64,000 nt of DNA from an uncultured Chloroflexia bacterium (GTDB lineage: Bacteria > Chloroflexota > Limnocylindria > Limnocylindrales > CSP1-4), in the NCBI GenBank assembly GCA_963746845.1, contig CAVVCZ010000006.1, positions 419,187 to 483,186 on the forward strand, read 5' to 3'. Positions within the stretch are counted from its first letter, which is position 1. Each line of letters opens with the position of its first letter. Below, in pieces: positions 13,159-23,059 of the stretch. The notes under the pieces were generated by a model. That model was given only the letters and a program-made list of their open reading frames with translations. It made no database searches and was not told the origin of the DNA. A program made the position numbers and the translations under genes.

Positions 13159-14295
13159 TCAGTCCGAGACGGGGATCGCGGGCCGGAGACCCGAGCTGGC
13201 GGGCATCCGGACCCGCTCCGCGATGCGGTCGACGACGTACTTCGCATCACGGCCCGCACCCGCGACGAGCATCGACGTGAACGCGTAGCTGAACGGGACG
13301 CCGAGGAAGTACAGCCCGGGGACCGTCCGGCTGACCCCGCGGACCTCGTCGGGGTAGCCGTCGGGACCGGTGATCGGCACGCCGATCCACGAGTAGTCGC
13401 GGCGATAGCCGGTGCACCAGATGACGTTCGCGACGTCGATGATGGTCCCGTCGGCGAGGAGCGGCTTTCCATCCCTGGCACCGACCGTCTTCGCGTTGTG
13501 ACGCTCGACGCCCGCGGCGTCCAGGTCGGGCAAGCGGATCCGGAGGAGCGGTCCTCCGCCGTGACGCACGTGCGGGCGCATCGCGCGGCCCATCGGCGTC
13601 CGGATGGTCAGGACGTGGCCGAAGACGAACGAGACGACCGGCCAGCCGACCCGGCCCCGCCTGGAGTCGACCCCGAACGGCAGCTGGCCGGCGGCCGTGC
13701 CCGACACGATCGTCCGATGCGTCTTCGCGGCCTCGAAAGCGACGTCGGCACCGGAATGGGACAGGCCGACGACCAGGACGGGGCCATCCTGGAGCTGGCT
13801 CGGGTCGCGATAGGCATGGGAGTGCAGCTGGCGGATCGCCGGGTCGAGCTCGCCGGCGAACGGGGGCACGTTCGGGATTCGGAACGCTCCTGTCGCGACG
13901 ACGACCTGGCGGGCGGCGATCCGGCGACCGTCGGCGGAGATGACGAAGCCCTCGCCGCCCGGCGCAGGATCGACGCGCTCGACGCGGATTCCGCTACGCA
14001 CCGGTAGCGCGAAGCGATCGGCGTAGGCCGTCAGGTAGTCGCCCATCTCGGCGCCGGTCGGAAAGTGGAACGCCCGAGCGGGGAAACGGAAGCCGGGAAG
14101 CGAGTCCCAACGGGCCGGGCTGTAAAGACGCAGCGAATTCCAGTGCTCACGCCAGTGGTCGCCGATCCGCTCATCGGCGTCAAGGATCACAAAGGGCAGG
14201 CCACCCCTGGACAGATGGTAGCCGGCCGACAACCCGGCCTGGCCGGCCCCGATGACCACGGTGTCGATCGGCTCGATCTCCGTCTCGCTGTTCAT
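13159..14295 (-). CDS. FAD/NAD(P)-dependent oxidoreductase (flavin monooxygenase-like)
   Basis: VIGAGQAG, VVATG, LHS..Y, VVGLSHSG, IWCTGY, GLYFLG. GGAGG RBS before the ATG at 14295. Confidence 0.85.
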   Translation of the reverse strand: MNSETEIEPIDTVVIGAGQAGLSAGYHLSRGGLPFVILDADERIGDHWREHWNSLRLYSPARWDSLPGFRFPARAFHFPTGAEMGDYLTAYADRFALPVRSGIRVERVDPAPGGEGFVISADGRRIAARQVVVATGAFRIPNVPPFAGELDPAIRQLHSHAYRDPSQLQDGPVLVVGLSHSGADVAFEAAKTHRTIVSGTAAGQLPFGVDSRRGRVGWPVVSFVFGHVLTIRTPMGRAMRPHVRHGGGPLLRIRLPDLDAAGVERHNAKTVGARDGKPLLADGTIIDVANVIWCTGYRRDYSWIGVPITGPDGYPDEVRGVSRTVPGLYFLGVPFSYAFTSMLVAGAGRDAKYVVDRIAERVRMPASSGLRPAIPVSD

Positions 14296-14401
14296 GTCAC
14301 GCCTCCGGGTCGATCGTTCGAGGATTCGGAGGCGACCGACCGGCCAGCCGGCCGCCGATGACGACCCTAGGTTCGGGGACGGGGAGACGCATCGGCGGAG
14401 A

Positions 14402-14432
14402 TACCCAATCGGCCGAGTGGCCGGTATGGGTA
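14402..14432. promoter_or_regulatory. Inverted repeat TACCCA...TGGGTA between the LuxR gene and the flavoprotein gene (candidate operator or hairpin)
   Basis: tacccaatcggcc-gagt-ggccggtatgggta. Confidence 0.4.
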
Positions 14433-14452
14433 CCGCCGGTCTGGAGCAGCCG

Positions 14453-16087
14453 TCACACGAGGCGGTGCTCGTAGGCGAAGGCAGTCGCCGCAGCCCGCGA
14501 CGAGACATCGAGCTTCGTGAAGATGTTGCTGACGTGTCGGTCGATCGTCCGCTCGCTGATCCCGAGGTCGGCAGCGATCTCGCGGTTGGTGCGGCCGCTC
14601 GCCACGAGTCGCAGCACCTCCAGCTCCCGCGGGCTCAGACCGCCCGGCGCGGGCGGTGGCGTGCCGGAGATCTCGTCGACGTGGTCGCGATCGGGAACAG
14701 CCCCGAGCTCGTCGAACACGTCGCGGGCGGCGGCGAGCTCGATTGCCGCGCCGTCGGCGTCGCCCAGTGACCGGCGTGCGCGGGCGATCGCCACGCGGAC
14801 GCGAGCGCCCTCGTACGGCGCATCGAGTGCCTGCCACAGCTCCCAGGCCCGTCGCAGCGACACGAGCGCGCCCATTGCGTCACCCGCCGCGAGGCGGACG
14901 AGGCCGTCGGCCCGCGCGGCGATGGCTCGGAGGAGGGGCGGCTTGGCCGCCGGCCCGGCAAGCCCCGCGAGCTCGCGGACACCTGCCTCGGCCGCCGGAA
15001 TGTCGCCGGCGGCGAGCATGATCTCGACATAGGGCTCGAGCAGGCGCGGACGAGCGATCGGGTCCGCCTCGTCGAGCGCACGTCGGATGGCCGCGCCGGC
15101 CGCGCGGCGGTCGCCCAGGGCGAGACGGACAAGCGCGAGGCCGGGATCGGGCTTGCGGCCCCACTTCGCGCCCTCACGGTAGGCAGACTCGGCTGCCGCG
15201 AAGTCGCCGCGGAGACGGTGGAGCTCGGCCTGCTGGTAGAGCGCCTCGCCGACCGCCGGCTGAGGCGGTGGTCGGGAGAGCCAGTCGTGGGCCCGGCCGA
15301 CCTCGATGACTGCGTCTTGCCACAGGCCGTGGAACTGCAAGAGCTCCGCCCGGAAGACCAGGCACCGACCGCGGAACGGCACGGCGTCCGGCTGGGAGTC
15401 ACACCACCGATCGAGGGCCGCGGTCCACTCCTGGGCCCGGCCGAGGTCGAAGACTGCCTGGTACGCCTCGATCGAGCCGCAATACACGATCCCGACATTC
15501 ATCGGCGACACCTCGCCGGTGGTGACCGCGACCATGGCCTCGTCGAGGAGCGCGATCCCGCGGTCCACCTCGCCGAGCGCGATCAGAGTCTCGCCGCGCC
15601 CGAGGCACGACAGCGCCAGCAGGTCGCGATCGCCGAAGCGCTCGGCGACGACGCCGACCTGATCAAAGATCGACATGGACTCGGCCACCTCGCCCTGATC
15701 GCGCGCGCGGAGCGCGAGGGGAACGAGCAACAACCCGCGTTCGACACAGTCGACGCCGGTCTCGTCGAGCAGCCGCGTCGCCCGGGCGTGCCAACCACCG
15801 GCCTGGGCGAACTCCCCGCGCTGACCGAGATTCATGACGATGTGGTAGGCGTGCCGGACCGCCCGGATGGGATTGCCGTCGCGGAGCGCGGCCAGGTGCG
15901 CCCGCTCCCACGTCCGGTAGGCCTCGTCCGGCCGACCGAGCATCTGGAGAGCCGTCGCCAGCCGTTCCAGGTCATCGATCTCGAGCTTGTCGTCGGCGTC
16001 CGCCGAGCCGAGGCGGTCCGCCACCTCGCTCCACGCGCGCCGATCGAACGCGTCGTGAGCGAGGTCGAGATCCGTGGAAGTCTTCAC
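14453..16087 (-). CDS. LuxR-family transcriptional regulator with TPR-like N-terminal region
   Basis: C-terminal LSPRELEVLRLVASGRTNREIAADLGISERTIDRHVSNIFTKL HTH; helical repeats upstream. Confidence 0.92.
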   Translation of the reverse strand: MKTSTDLDLAHDAFDRRAWSEVADRLGSADADDKLEIDDLERLATALQMLGRPDEAYRTWERAHLAALRDGNPIRAVRHAYHIVMNLGQRGEFAQAGGWHARATRLLDETGVDCVERGLLLVPLALRARDQGEVAESMSIFDQVGVVAERFGDRDLLALSCLGRGETLIALGEVDRGIALLDEAMVAVTTGEVSPMNVGIVYCGSIEAYQAVFDLGRAQEWTAALDRWCDSQPDAVPFRGRCLVFRAELLQFHGLWQDAVIEVGRAHDWLSRPPPQPAVGEALYQQAELHRLRGDFAAAESAYREGAKWGRKPDPGLALVRLALGDRRAAGAAIRRALDEADPIARPRLLEPYVEIMLAAGDIPAAEAGVRELAGLAGPAAKPPLLRAIAARADGLVRLAAGDAMGALVSLRRAWELWQALDAPYEGARVRVAIARARRSLGDADGAAIELAAARDVFDELGAVPDRDHVDEISGTPPPAPGGLSPRELEVLRLVASGRTNREIAADLGISERTIDRHVSNIFTKLDVSSRAAATAFAYEHRLV

Positions 16088-16141
16088 GAGGGCATCGGCT
16101 CCGCGGTCAATGTACCCCGCGGGGGCGGCCCTGCCGTCAGG

Positions 16142-17143
16142 TCAGAGCCAGCCGCGCCGGCGGAACAGGATCGTCAGCATCACGAGCACGAACGCCATGA
16201 GCGCGACCACGACCCAGAACGAGAACGGCTCGTTCTCGCCCGGCACCGGCACGTTCATGCCGTAGATCGACGCGATCAGCGTGAGCGGCAGCAGGATCAC
16301 CGAGGTCGCGGTCAGGATCCGGAGCGAGTCGTTCAGCCGGTGGGACAGGACCGACTCATTCGTGGATTCGAGCGCCTCGGCGACCTCCTTGTAGTTCTCG
16401 AGCGTGTCCCAGATGCGCTCGGCCGCGTCGGAGATGTCATCGAAGTAGATCTCGAGCTCCTCGGCGAGGTAGCGCTGCTTCGTGCGCTCGAGGTCGCGGA
16501 GGACGGCGCGCTGCGGCCGGACGATCCGCCGGAAGTTGATGATCTCCTGCTTCGCGTTCGAGATCGCCCGGACGATCGCACTCGAGCGGCCCTCGAGGAT
16601 GTCGTCTTCCAGCGCGTCCAGCTTGTTGCCCATCTTCCGGAGCATCGGGAAGGCCGCGTCGACGTTCGTGTCGACGATCTTGTACAGGAGATAGCCCGAG
16701 CCCTTCGAGAACGTCGACTCGCGCACCTCCTCACGGGCCTCCATCCGTTCGAACATCGCCGCGAGCGGCGGGAGGGCCGTCTCGGTGAACGTGATCAGGT
16801 AGTCGGGCCCGACGAACATGTCGAGCTCGGCCGTCAGCAGCCGGCCGGACGCCTTCTCGAACACGGGGAAGTGCAGGACGATGAAGAGGTAGTCGTCGTA
16901 CACGTCCAGCTTCGAGCGCTGGTTGCGCGAGTAGACGTCCTCCCAGTCGAGTGGGTGGAAGTCGTAGCGCTCCTCGAGCCACTCGCGGTGGGCGAGGCGG
17001 GGATCCTCGACATGGATCCAGCGGAGGCCGCTGGCCTCGACGATGCGGGGCTCGACTACCTCGCCGGGGCCGGGCGCGTTCGAACCGCCGGCCGGGATCG
17101 GTCGGCGCAGCCGCGGGCGTGGGAGCGGCGGCAGGTTCGGCAT
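16142..17143 (-). CDS. corA: CorA family Mg2+/Co2+ transporter
   Basis: YGMN signature, two C-terminal TM helices, HPL.ED, QRSKLD. Confidence 0.92.
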   Translation of the reverse strand: MPNLPPLPRPRLRRPIPAGGSNAPGPGEVVEPRIVEASGLRWIHVEDPRLAHREWLEERYDFHPLDWEDVYSRNQRSKLDVYDDYLFIVLHFPVFEKASGRLLTAELDMFVGPDYLITFTETALPPLAAMFERMEAREEVRESTFSKGSGYLLYKIVDTNVDAAFPMLRKMGNKLDALEDDILEGRSSAIVRAISNAKQEIINFRRIVRPQRAVLRDLERTKQRYLAEELEIYFDDISDAAERIWDTLENYKEVAEALESTNESVLSHRLNDSLRILTATSVILLPLTLIASIYGMNVPVPGENEPFSFWVVVALMAFVLVMLTILFRRRGWL

Positions 17144-17269
17144 CGACTGGGAGGCTTCATGGCGGTCGGCCGCATGGTAGCCGGTGCGATGCGGACCGCG
17201 CCACCCGCCGAACGACCCGGCCCAACGACGGGGGCACACCCGCGTCTGCGATCGTCGCGGATGGGCGTG

Positions 17270-17351
17270 GCTGGCAAGGCGGCGGGGAGGAGCGGAGCGA
17301 GCGGGCTTGAAGGCCCGTGAGCGAGCACCGCAGTCGCCGACGCAGTCCAGC
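17270..17351. repeat. REP/MITE-like imperfect long hairpin in the CDF-corA intergenic region
   Basis: Ends GCTGG...CCAGC; central cgggc-ttgaag-gcccg stem flanked by repeated GAGC units. Confidence 0.35.
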
Positions 17352-17383
17352 ATCGTCCAGGCGCGACAGCCCGGGACGCTACG

Positions 17384-18283
17384 CTAATGCTGTGCCTGGT
17401 CCGCGCGGGCCTCCCACAGGACGTGCTCGGGCGTCTCGAGCTGGAACGTCGAGTGGTTGATGTCGAAGTCGGCCGACAGGCACGTCCCGAGGTGATCGAG
17501 GATGTCGCCGGGCTTGGCCTCCTCGCCGAGCACGACGTGGGCGGACACGACGTTCATCCCGCTCGTGATCGTCCAGGCGTGGAGGTCGTGGACGTCGACC
17601 ACGCCGGGCGCCTCGCGGATGTGGCGCTCCACGTCGCCAAGATCGACCCCCTTCGGCGTCGCCTCGAGCAGGACGTCGACACTGTCGCGGAGAAGCAGGC
17701 CGGTCCGCGGCACGATCAGGATCGCCACGACCAGCGACGCGACGGCGTCCGCCTGGTGCCAGCCCGTGAGGGCGATGACCAGGCCCGCCACGAGGACGGC
17801 CCCCGCGCCGATCAGATCGCCGGCGATCTCGAGATACGCGCCGCGCATCGTCAGGCTTTCGCGCTGCCCGGGCGCGAGGATCCGGAGTGTGACGATGTTG
17901 GCCAGGAGCGCGATCGCGGCGACGACGATCACGATCCCCGGCCGGACGTCCGGCGGCGCGAAGAACCGCTGGACCGCCTCGATCGCGACGATCAGGGCGA
18001 TCACGAGCAGGAGCACCGCATTGGCGGCGGCAGCGAGCATCTCGAGCCGGTACAACCCGAAGGTGCGGGTGTCGCTCGGCGGCCGGGACGCGAGGCGGAT
18101 CGCGACGAGCGAGAGCGTCATCCCCGAGACATCGGCGAAGACGTGCGCCGCGTCGGCCATGAGCGCCAGCGAGTTCGCTGCGATGCCGGCGACCAGCTCG
18201 ACGACGAGCACGACGAGCCCGATGCCGATCGCGGCACGCAGGCTGCCGGCGTGCCGGCCGGCCGCCGAATGGGAGTGGGCCAC
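17384..18283 (-). CDS. Cation diffusion facilitator (CzcD/ZitB-like Zn/Co/Cd efflux)
   Basis: SLALMADAAH..D, TFGLYRLE, VHDLHAWTI, HSTFQLE. GTG at 18283 preceded by TACGCT-N6; TTG at 18328 is an alternative start. Confidence 0.92.
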   Translation of the reverse strand: MAHSHSAAGRHAGSLRAAIGIGLVVLVVELVAGIAANSLALMADAAHVFADVSGMTLSLVAIRLASRPPSDTRTFGLYRLEMLAAAANAVLLLVIALIVAIEAVQRFFAPPDVRPGIVIVVAAIALLANIVTLRILAPGQRESLTMRGAYLEIAGDLIGAGAVLVAGLVIALTGWHQADAVASLVVAILIVPRTGLLLRDSVDVLLEATPKGVDLGDVERHIREAPGVVDVHDLHAWTITSGMNVVSAHVVLGEEAKPGDILDHLGTCLSADFDINHSTFQLETPEHVLWEARADQAQH

Positions 18284-18363
18284 GAACGGAGCGTAGCGCC
18301 CCGCGCCCGCTTGATCGAGTACCGTCAAGGTGCCGGGCGGACCGGCGGCGACGCGGAGGCTCG

Positions 18364-19287
18364 ATGACGGCGGTCCCGGACGGATACGGGGTGCTCGAGG
18401 CCCACGGCTACGGCAAGCGCTATCGGCGGACCTGGGCGCTGCGCGGTGTCGACCTCACGGTTCCCGCGGGGAGCATCACCGCCCTGGTCGGGCCGAACGG
18501 CTCGGGCAAGTCCACCCTGATCCGCAGCTGGATCGGCTTCGAAGGCGCGACCGAGGGGCGGCTCCTGACCGGCGGGGTCGATCCGCAGCGCGACCGGGCC
18601 GCCGCGGTCGCCCTCGTCGGCTACGTGCCGCAGTCGCCGTCGCTCTATCGGGACCTGACTGTCGCCCAGCACGTCGAGCTGGCCGCGACGCTTCGCGACG
18701 GGTTCGATCCGGCGATGGCGAACCGGTACATCGAACGGCTGTCGATCGACCTCTCCGCGAAGGCCGGCGAGCTGTCCGGCGGCGAGGGGGCGCAGGTCGG
18801 GCTGGCCCTGGCGCTGGCGACGCGCGCCTCGATCCTCCTGCTGGACGAGCCCCTCGCGAGCCTCGATCCGCTCGCCCGTCGCGAGTTCCTGCACCTGATG
18901 GTCGAGGCGGTCCGTTCGGTCGGGGCGACCGCGCTGCTGTCCTCGCACGTGATCACCGACATCGAGCAGGCCTGCGATCGGCTGGTCGTGCTCGGCCGGG
19001 GCCACACGCTCCTGGACCTCCCGGTCGCCGACGCGATCGCCCATCACCGCGTGATCGAGGGCTCGCCGGCGGAGGCGGTTCGCGCGGCCGGCCCGAACGC
19101 GGTGATCGGCAGCTTTCCGGCACCCGACGGGGTACCGCTGTCCCTCGTCCGGACGCCGCCGGCCGACGACCCTGGCGCGGCCCCGCTGGGGCGGCCGGCC
19201 ACTCTGGAAGAGATCGTCATCGGGCATCTCGCCGCGGGCCGGATCCGGGCGGCCGCCGCGGCGGCTGCCGCGGGACGGGCGGCATGA
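18364..19287 (+). CDS. ABC transporter ATP-binding protein (exporter type)
   Basis: GPNGSGKS, LSGGE, LLLDEP, SSH switch. Confidence 0.92.
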   Translation: MTAVPDGYGVLEAHGYGKRYRRTWALRGVDLTVPAGSITALVGPNGSGKSTLIRSWIGFEGATEGRLLTGGVDPQRDRAAAVALVGYVPQSPSLYRDLTVAQHVELAATLRDGFDPAMANRYIERLSIDLSAKAGELSGGEGAQVGLALALATRASILLLDEPLASLDPLARREFLHLMVEAVRSVGATALLSSHVITDIEQACDRLVVLGRGHTLLDLPVADAIAHHRVIEGSPAEAVRAAGPNAVIGSFPAPDGVPLSLVRTPPADDPGAAPLGRPATLEEIVIGHLAAGRIRAAAAAAAAGRAA

Positions 19288-20219
19288 TGCTCCGCGGGGC
19301 GCTCCTGTCGTTCCGGATCCAGCGCTTCGAGACGACGCTCGTCATCCTCGCCGCGGTCCTGTCGGTCCTGGTCTCCGCCGTCGTGATCTGGGCGTTCGGT
19401 GCGGGGAACTACGCTCGGTGTCTGAGCGACGACCCGGCAGCGTTCGGGAGCGCGTGTCAGACCGGCGTCTATCCGTTGCTCAACCGGATCGCGCGACTCT
19501 CGCTGTCGATCGTCCCGGTCTTCCCGCTCGTGGCCGGCCTCCTCGCCGGCAGCCCGATCGTCGCGCGCGAGCTGGAGACGGGGACCGCCCGGCTCGCCTG
19601 GTCGCTCGGACCGTCACGACTACGTTGGCTCGCCCAGCGGGCGCTGCCGATCCTCGCGGTCGTCGCCCTCGCGTCGCTGGCGATCGGCCTGACGGCCGAG
19701 GCGCTGACCCATCTCCTGCGGCCGACGGTCGACCTGGACCAGTCGTTCGTCGGGTTCCGCGGCCGCGGACTCCTGATCGCGGTCGAGGCGATCCTCGTCG
19801 CCTCCGTGGCGCTCGCGCTCGGGGCGATCGTCGGTCGATCGGGGCCGACCCTCCTCTTCAGCCTGATCCTCGTCTTCGCGATCGGGATGGCCGTCGACAA
19901 GGTCGAACGCGAGCTCCTCACGAACGAAGCGGTGGCGGCGGACGCCAACGAGTTCCCGTACGACGACGCGAACTATGTCGTCGACAACCGGCTGCGCTTC
20001 CCCGACGGGACGATCCTGACGTGGGAGGTGGCGATGGCCACCCATCCCGAAATCCAGAATGGCTGGGACGAATTGAGCGGGATCGCGGGCGTCGTGCTGT
20101 ATGTCCCCGGGGCGCGCTACCACGACGTCGAACGACGGGAGGCGCTGGCGATGCTCGCGATCTCCGCCCTGTTCGTCGCGCTGGCCGCCGTGTCGGTCCT
20201 CCGACGACGGCCCCGCTGA
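19284..20219 (+). CDS. ABC-2 type transporter permease
   Basis: ATGA overlap with the ATPase; several TM helices; ARELETGTARLAW motif. Confidence 0.85.
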   Translation: MMLRGALLSFRIQRFETTLVILAAVLSVLVSAVVIWAFGAGNYARCLSDDPAAFGSACQTGVYPLLNRIARLSLSIVPVFPLVAGLLAGSPIVARELETGTARLAWSLGPSRLRWLAQRALPILAVVALASLAIGLTAEALTHLLRPTVDLDQSFVGFRGRGLLIAVEAILVASVALALGAIVGRSGPTLLFSLILVFAIGMAVDKVERELLTNEAVAADANEFPYDDANYVVDNRLRFPDGTILTWEVAMATHPEIQNGWDELSGIAGVVLYVPGARYHDVERREALAMLAISALFVALAAVSVLRRRPR

Positions 20220-20252
20220 GGGATCGCCGGGCCCGGCGTCGATAATCCGCCC

Positions 20253-21203
20253 GTGACCAGCGCCCTCCTCGCCTTCGACGACGCCGGCAACCGGCTGTTC
20301 GCCGCGCTCCGGCGCGCCGCGGTTGCGGCCCGGCTGCCGTCGCTGGCGCGGCTCGAGACGCCGCCCTGGGTCGGGATCGCGCTGGCGATCGCCGGCTGGG
20401 CGCTGATCGTGTGGTTCAGCGAGCCGTGGGGCCGGCTGTGGGGCACCGGCCAGGATGCCCGCTGCTACTGGCAGGCGACCCTCGCCGATCCGTACCTCCA
20501 CTCCGACTGGAACGACCCGATCGCCTTCGTCTACTCGCCCGCCTTCCTCCAGCTCGTCTCGCCGCTGACGGCCCTCCCGTGGCAGGCGTTCATGGCCGTC
20601 TGGACGGCGCTCCTCGTGCTCGCCGTCCGGGTGCTGACCGGGCCGCGTCTGCTCGCCGCCGGGCTCCTCTTCCCGTTCGCGGCGATGGAGGTGGCCGGCG
20701 GCAACGTGTCGCTGCTGCTCGCCGTCGCGATCGTCGTCGGGTTCCGCTGGCCGTGGACCTGGTCGCTCGTGCTCCTGACGAAGATCACGCCCGGCATCGG
20801 GCTGCTGTGGTTCGCGGTTCGGGGCGAGTGGCGCTCGCTGGCCATCGCGCTGGGCGCAACCGCGGCAATCGTCGCCGTGTCCTTCGCGACGATGCCGGAC
20901 CAGTGGCGGACGTGGGTCGACGTCGTGATCCGGAACGTCGAGGCGGGCCGGGCCGGGACGTGGGCCTCTCTGCCGATCCCGCTGCTCGTCCGGATGCCGG
21001 TCGCGATCGTGGTCGTCGTGTGGGGCGCGCGGACGGATCGGCCGTGGACGGTGCCCGTCGCGTCGATGATCGCGCTGCCGGCCGTCTGGTACGGCGGCCT
21101 GTCGATGCTGCTGGCCGTCATCCCGCTCCTGGGCGGCGGACGCGGCGTGGGCCGGTGGGCGCTCCGAGGGTTGGAGCCCGCGCCGGCTCCGACGCGCGGC
21201 TGA
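20253..21203 (+). CDS. GT87/DUF2029-like membrane glycosyltransferase
   Basis: Multi-TM protein with D..CY, FVYSP, GN.SLLL and LTKITP motifs. Confidence 0.7.
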   Translation: MTSALLAFDDAGNRLFAALRRAAVAARLPSLARLETPPWVGIALAIAGWALIVWFSEPWGRLWGTGQDARCYWQATLADPYLHSDWNDPIAFVYSPAFLQLVSPLTALPWQAFMAVWTALLVLAVRVLTGPRLLAAGLLFPFAAMEVAGGNVSLLLAVAIVVGFRWPWTWSLVLLTKITPGIGLLWFAVRGEWRSLAIALGATAAIVAVSFATMPDQWRTWVDVVIRNVEAGRAGTWASLPIPLLVRMPVAIVVVVWGARTDRPWTVPVASMIALPAVWYGGLSMLLAVIPLLGGGRGVGRWALRGLEPAPAPTRG

Positions 21204-21678
21204 CAGATTCCCGCCTCACGTCGACTACGGGACGGATCACCCGAATTGGGTGCCAGATCTTCACCGCCGGTCGACGAGGCACGATCGGAGGCTGCTCCGA
21301 TCGGTCGTGCACGGCTTCCCACGCTCAGCGGCCGATGAAAGGAGCCGATTCGGAGCGCCGTCTGACGCCGGCTCGACACCCGGTGTCGATCTGTCATCGG
21401 ATGGGCGGTCTCGGGCCGCTCCTCGACACGAGGCGCGAATCTGGCAGGCGTGCGTCCGGATCGGGCGGCGCCGGACCTGATCATTCGGCCATGGACGGAC
21501 CGTTCGCGCGAGCCGGAACCGCCCCACGGACGCGAAACCCGCAGGCTCGTGCGAGGCCGAAGCGCGGTGGCGAGTGGATGACCCCTTCAGGCGACCCGCT
21601 TCGTGTGACAACGGTCCCGGGGTGACCGTCTGAGCGAGTCCGAGGGCGGGCCACGATGGCCGAATCGGCTCGGACCGC

Positions 21679-22977
21679 CTACGCGGCCGCGCCCTCCCCC
21701 ATCCGCTCCGGCCGCACCCGGAGCGCCACGACCGCCGCCCCGATCAGGAACACCGCCGCCCCGGCAAAGAACGGCGCGCTCGTTCCGAAGGCCCCCGCGA
21801 GCGTCCCGCCGACCAACGGCCCGATGATGCCCGCGGCGTAGAGCGGGAGATAGACGAGGTTCAGCGTCTGGGACCGCCGCTCGATCGGCACCTCCGTCGC
21901 GAGCAGGCTGAAGACCATCGCCCCGACCAGAGCGTTCGCGGCCGTGAACACCATGATCGAGAACGCCAGCGGCGGGATCGCCTGCACCAGCGGCGTCGCG
22001 ATCAGCGCGAACCCGCCGACGACGAGCGCCGTCAGGAGCACCGGACGGAACCCGACCCGGTCGCTCACCCACCCGCCGATCGGGGAGAACGAGGCGCCGA
22101 CCAGGCTCGCCAGGCCCACGACGACTCCGATCGTGGCCGCCAGCCCGGGCCCGCTCCCGACGATGTCCTCCACGAGGAGGGGCTGGTACGGTCGGCTCAT
22201 CTGGTTGGCGAGGAACGCCACCCCGTAGATCGCGAAGATCCGCCGGACGACGGGGTCCCCGAGGACGCCCCGCACGGCGCCGTACGCCAGCCTCAGGACC
22301 GGACCGGTCGGGACGACGGCCGGACGGACCTCGGCGGCCCCGAACCACACGAGGAACGCCGTCCCGACCGACAACGCGGCGGAGACCCAGAACATCGCGG
22401 GCAGGCCGAAACCCAGCCCGTCCACGATGACCCCGCCGAGCAGCGGGCCGACGGCGAACCCGATCGGCCCGGCCACGCCGAACAGCGCGATCAGCGTCCC
22501 GACCCGCCGGCGCGGGACGACATCGCGGATCGCGCCGAGCATCACTCCGGTGTTCCCGAGCTGGAAGCCGATCAGGAGGAGGCTGAGCGCGAGCTGCCAC
22601 GGCTCGCGTGAGAGCGCGACGCAGGCGAACACGAGCGCCTCGACGAGCGCGCTCCGGGCGATCACCGCCTTGCGCGAGTACTTGTCCGCCCAGACGCCCC
22701 ACAGCGGCACGAGGGGCATGCCGACCACGAAGATCAGCGCCGAGAACAGCCCGACGAACGCGGCACGGTCCGCGTCCGGGACCCCCACGACCCGGAGATA
22801 GGCCGGAAGGTAGGCGAACACCTGGCTCACCCCGAGGCCCTCGACGAGCGAGGTGATCCAGTACACGACGAAGACGCGTCGCCAGTCCGATCGACCTTCG
22901 TCGCCCACGATGAACGCGGGATCGGCGAGTGGGCCGGCGGCCCCCGGGCTGATGGTCGCGAGGTCGGTCGGCGGCAT
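21679..22977 (-). CDS. MFS transporter
   Basis: About 12 TM helices; WGVWADKYSRK and GWVSDRVGFR motif A. Confidence 0.88.
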   Translation of the reverse strand: MPPTDLATISPGAAGPLADPAFIVGDEGRSDWRRVFVVYWITSLVEGLGVSQVFAYLPAYLRVVGVPDADRAAFVGLFSALIFVVGMPLVPLWGVWADKYSRKAVIARSALVEALVFACVALSREPWQLALSLLLIGFQLGNTGVMLGAIRDVVPRRRVGTLIALFGVAGPIGFAVGPLLGGVIVDGLGFGLPAMFWVSAALSVGTAFLVWFGAAEVRPAVVPTGPVLRLAYGAVRGVLGDPVVRRIFAIYGVAFLANQMSRPYQPLLVEDIVGSGPGLAATIGVVVGLASLVGASFSPIGGWVSDRVGFRPVLLTALVVGGFALIATPLVQAIPPLAFSIMVFTAANALVGAMVFSLLATEVPIERRSQTLNLVYLPLYAAGIIGPLVGGTLAGAFGTSAPFFAGAAVFLIGAAVVALRVRPERMGEGAAA

Positions 22978-23059
22978 GGCGCTGAAGACTATCTGACCCG
23001 ACCCACGTGAACCGGCGCCCATCGACCGGACGTAGACTCGGCCAGGGAGGTGGTGAGGC

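Noticed and set aside
21500-21590. c-di-GMP-I riboswitch-like GGACGCGAAACC, and SRP-like TCAGGTCCGG on the minus strand near 21470-21481
   Set aside because: The remaining consensus elements are absent, and there is no downstream co-oriented gene.
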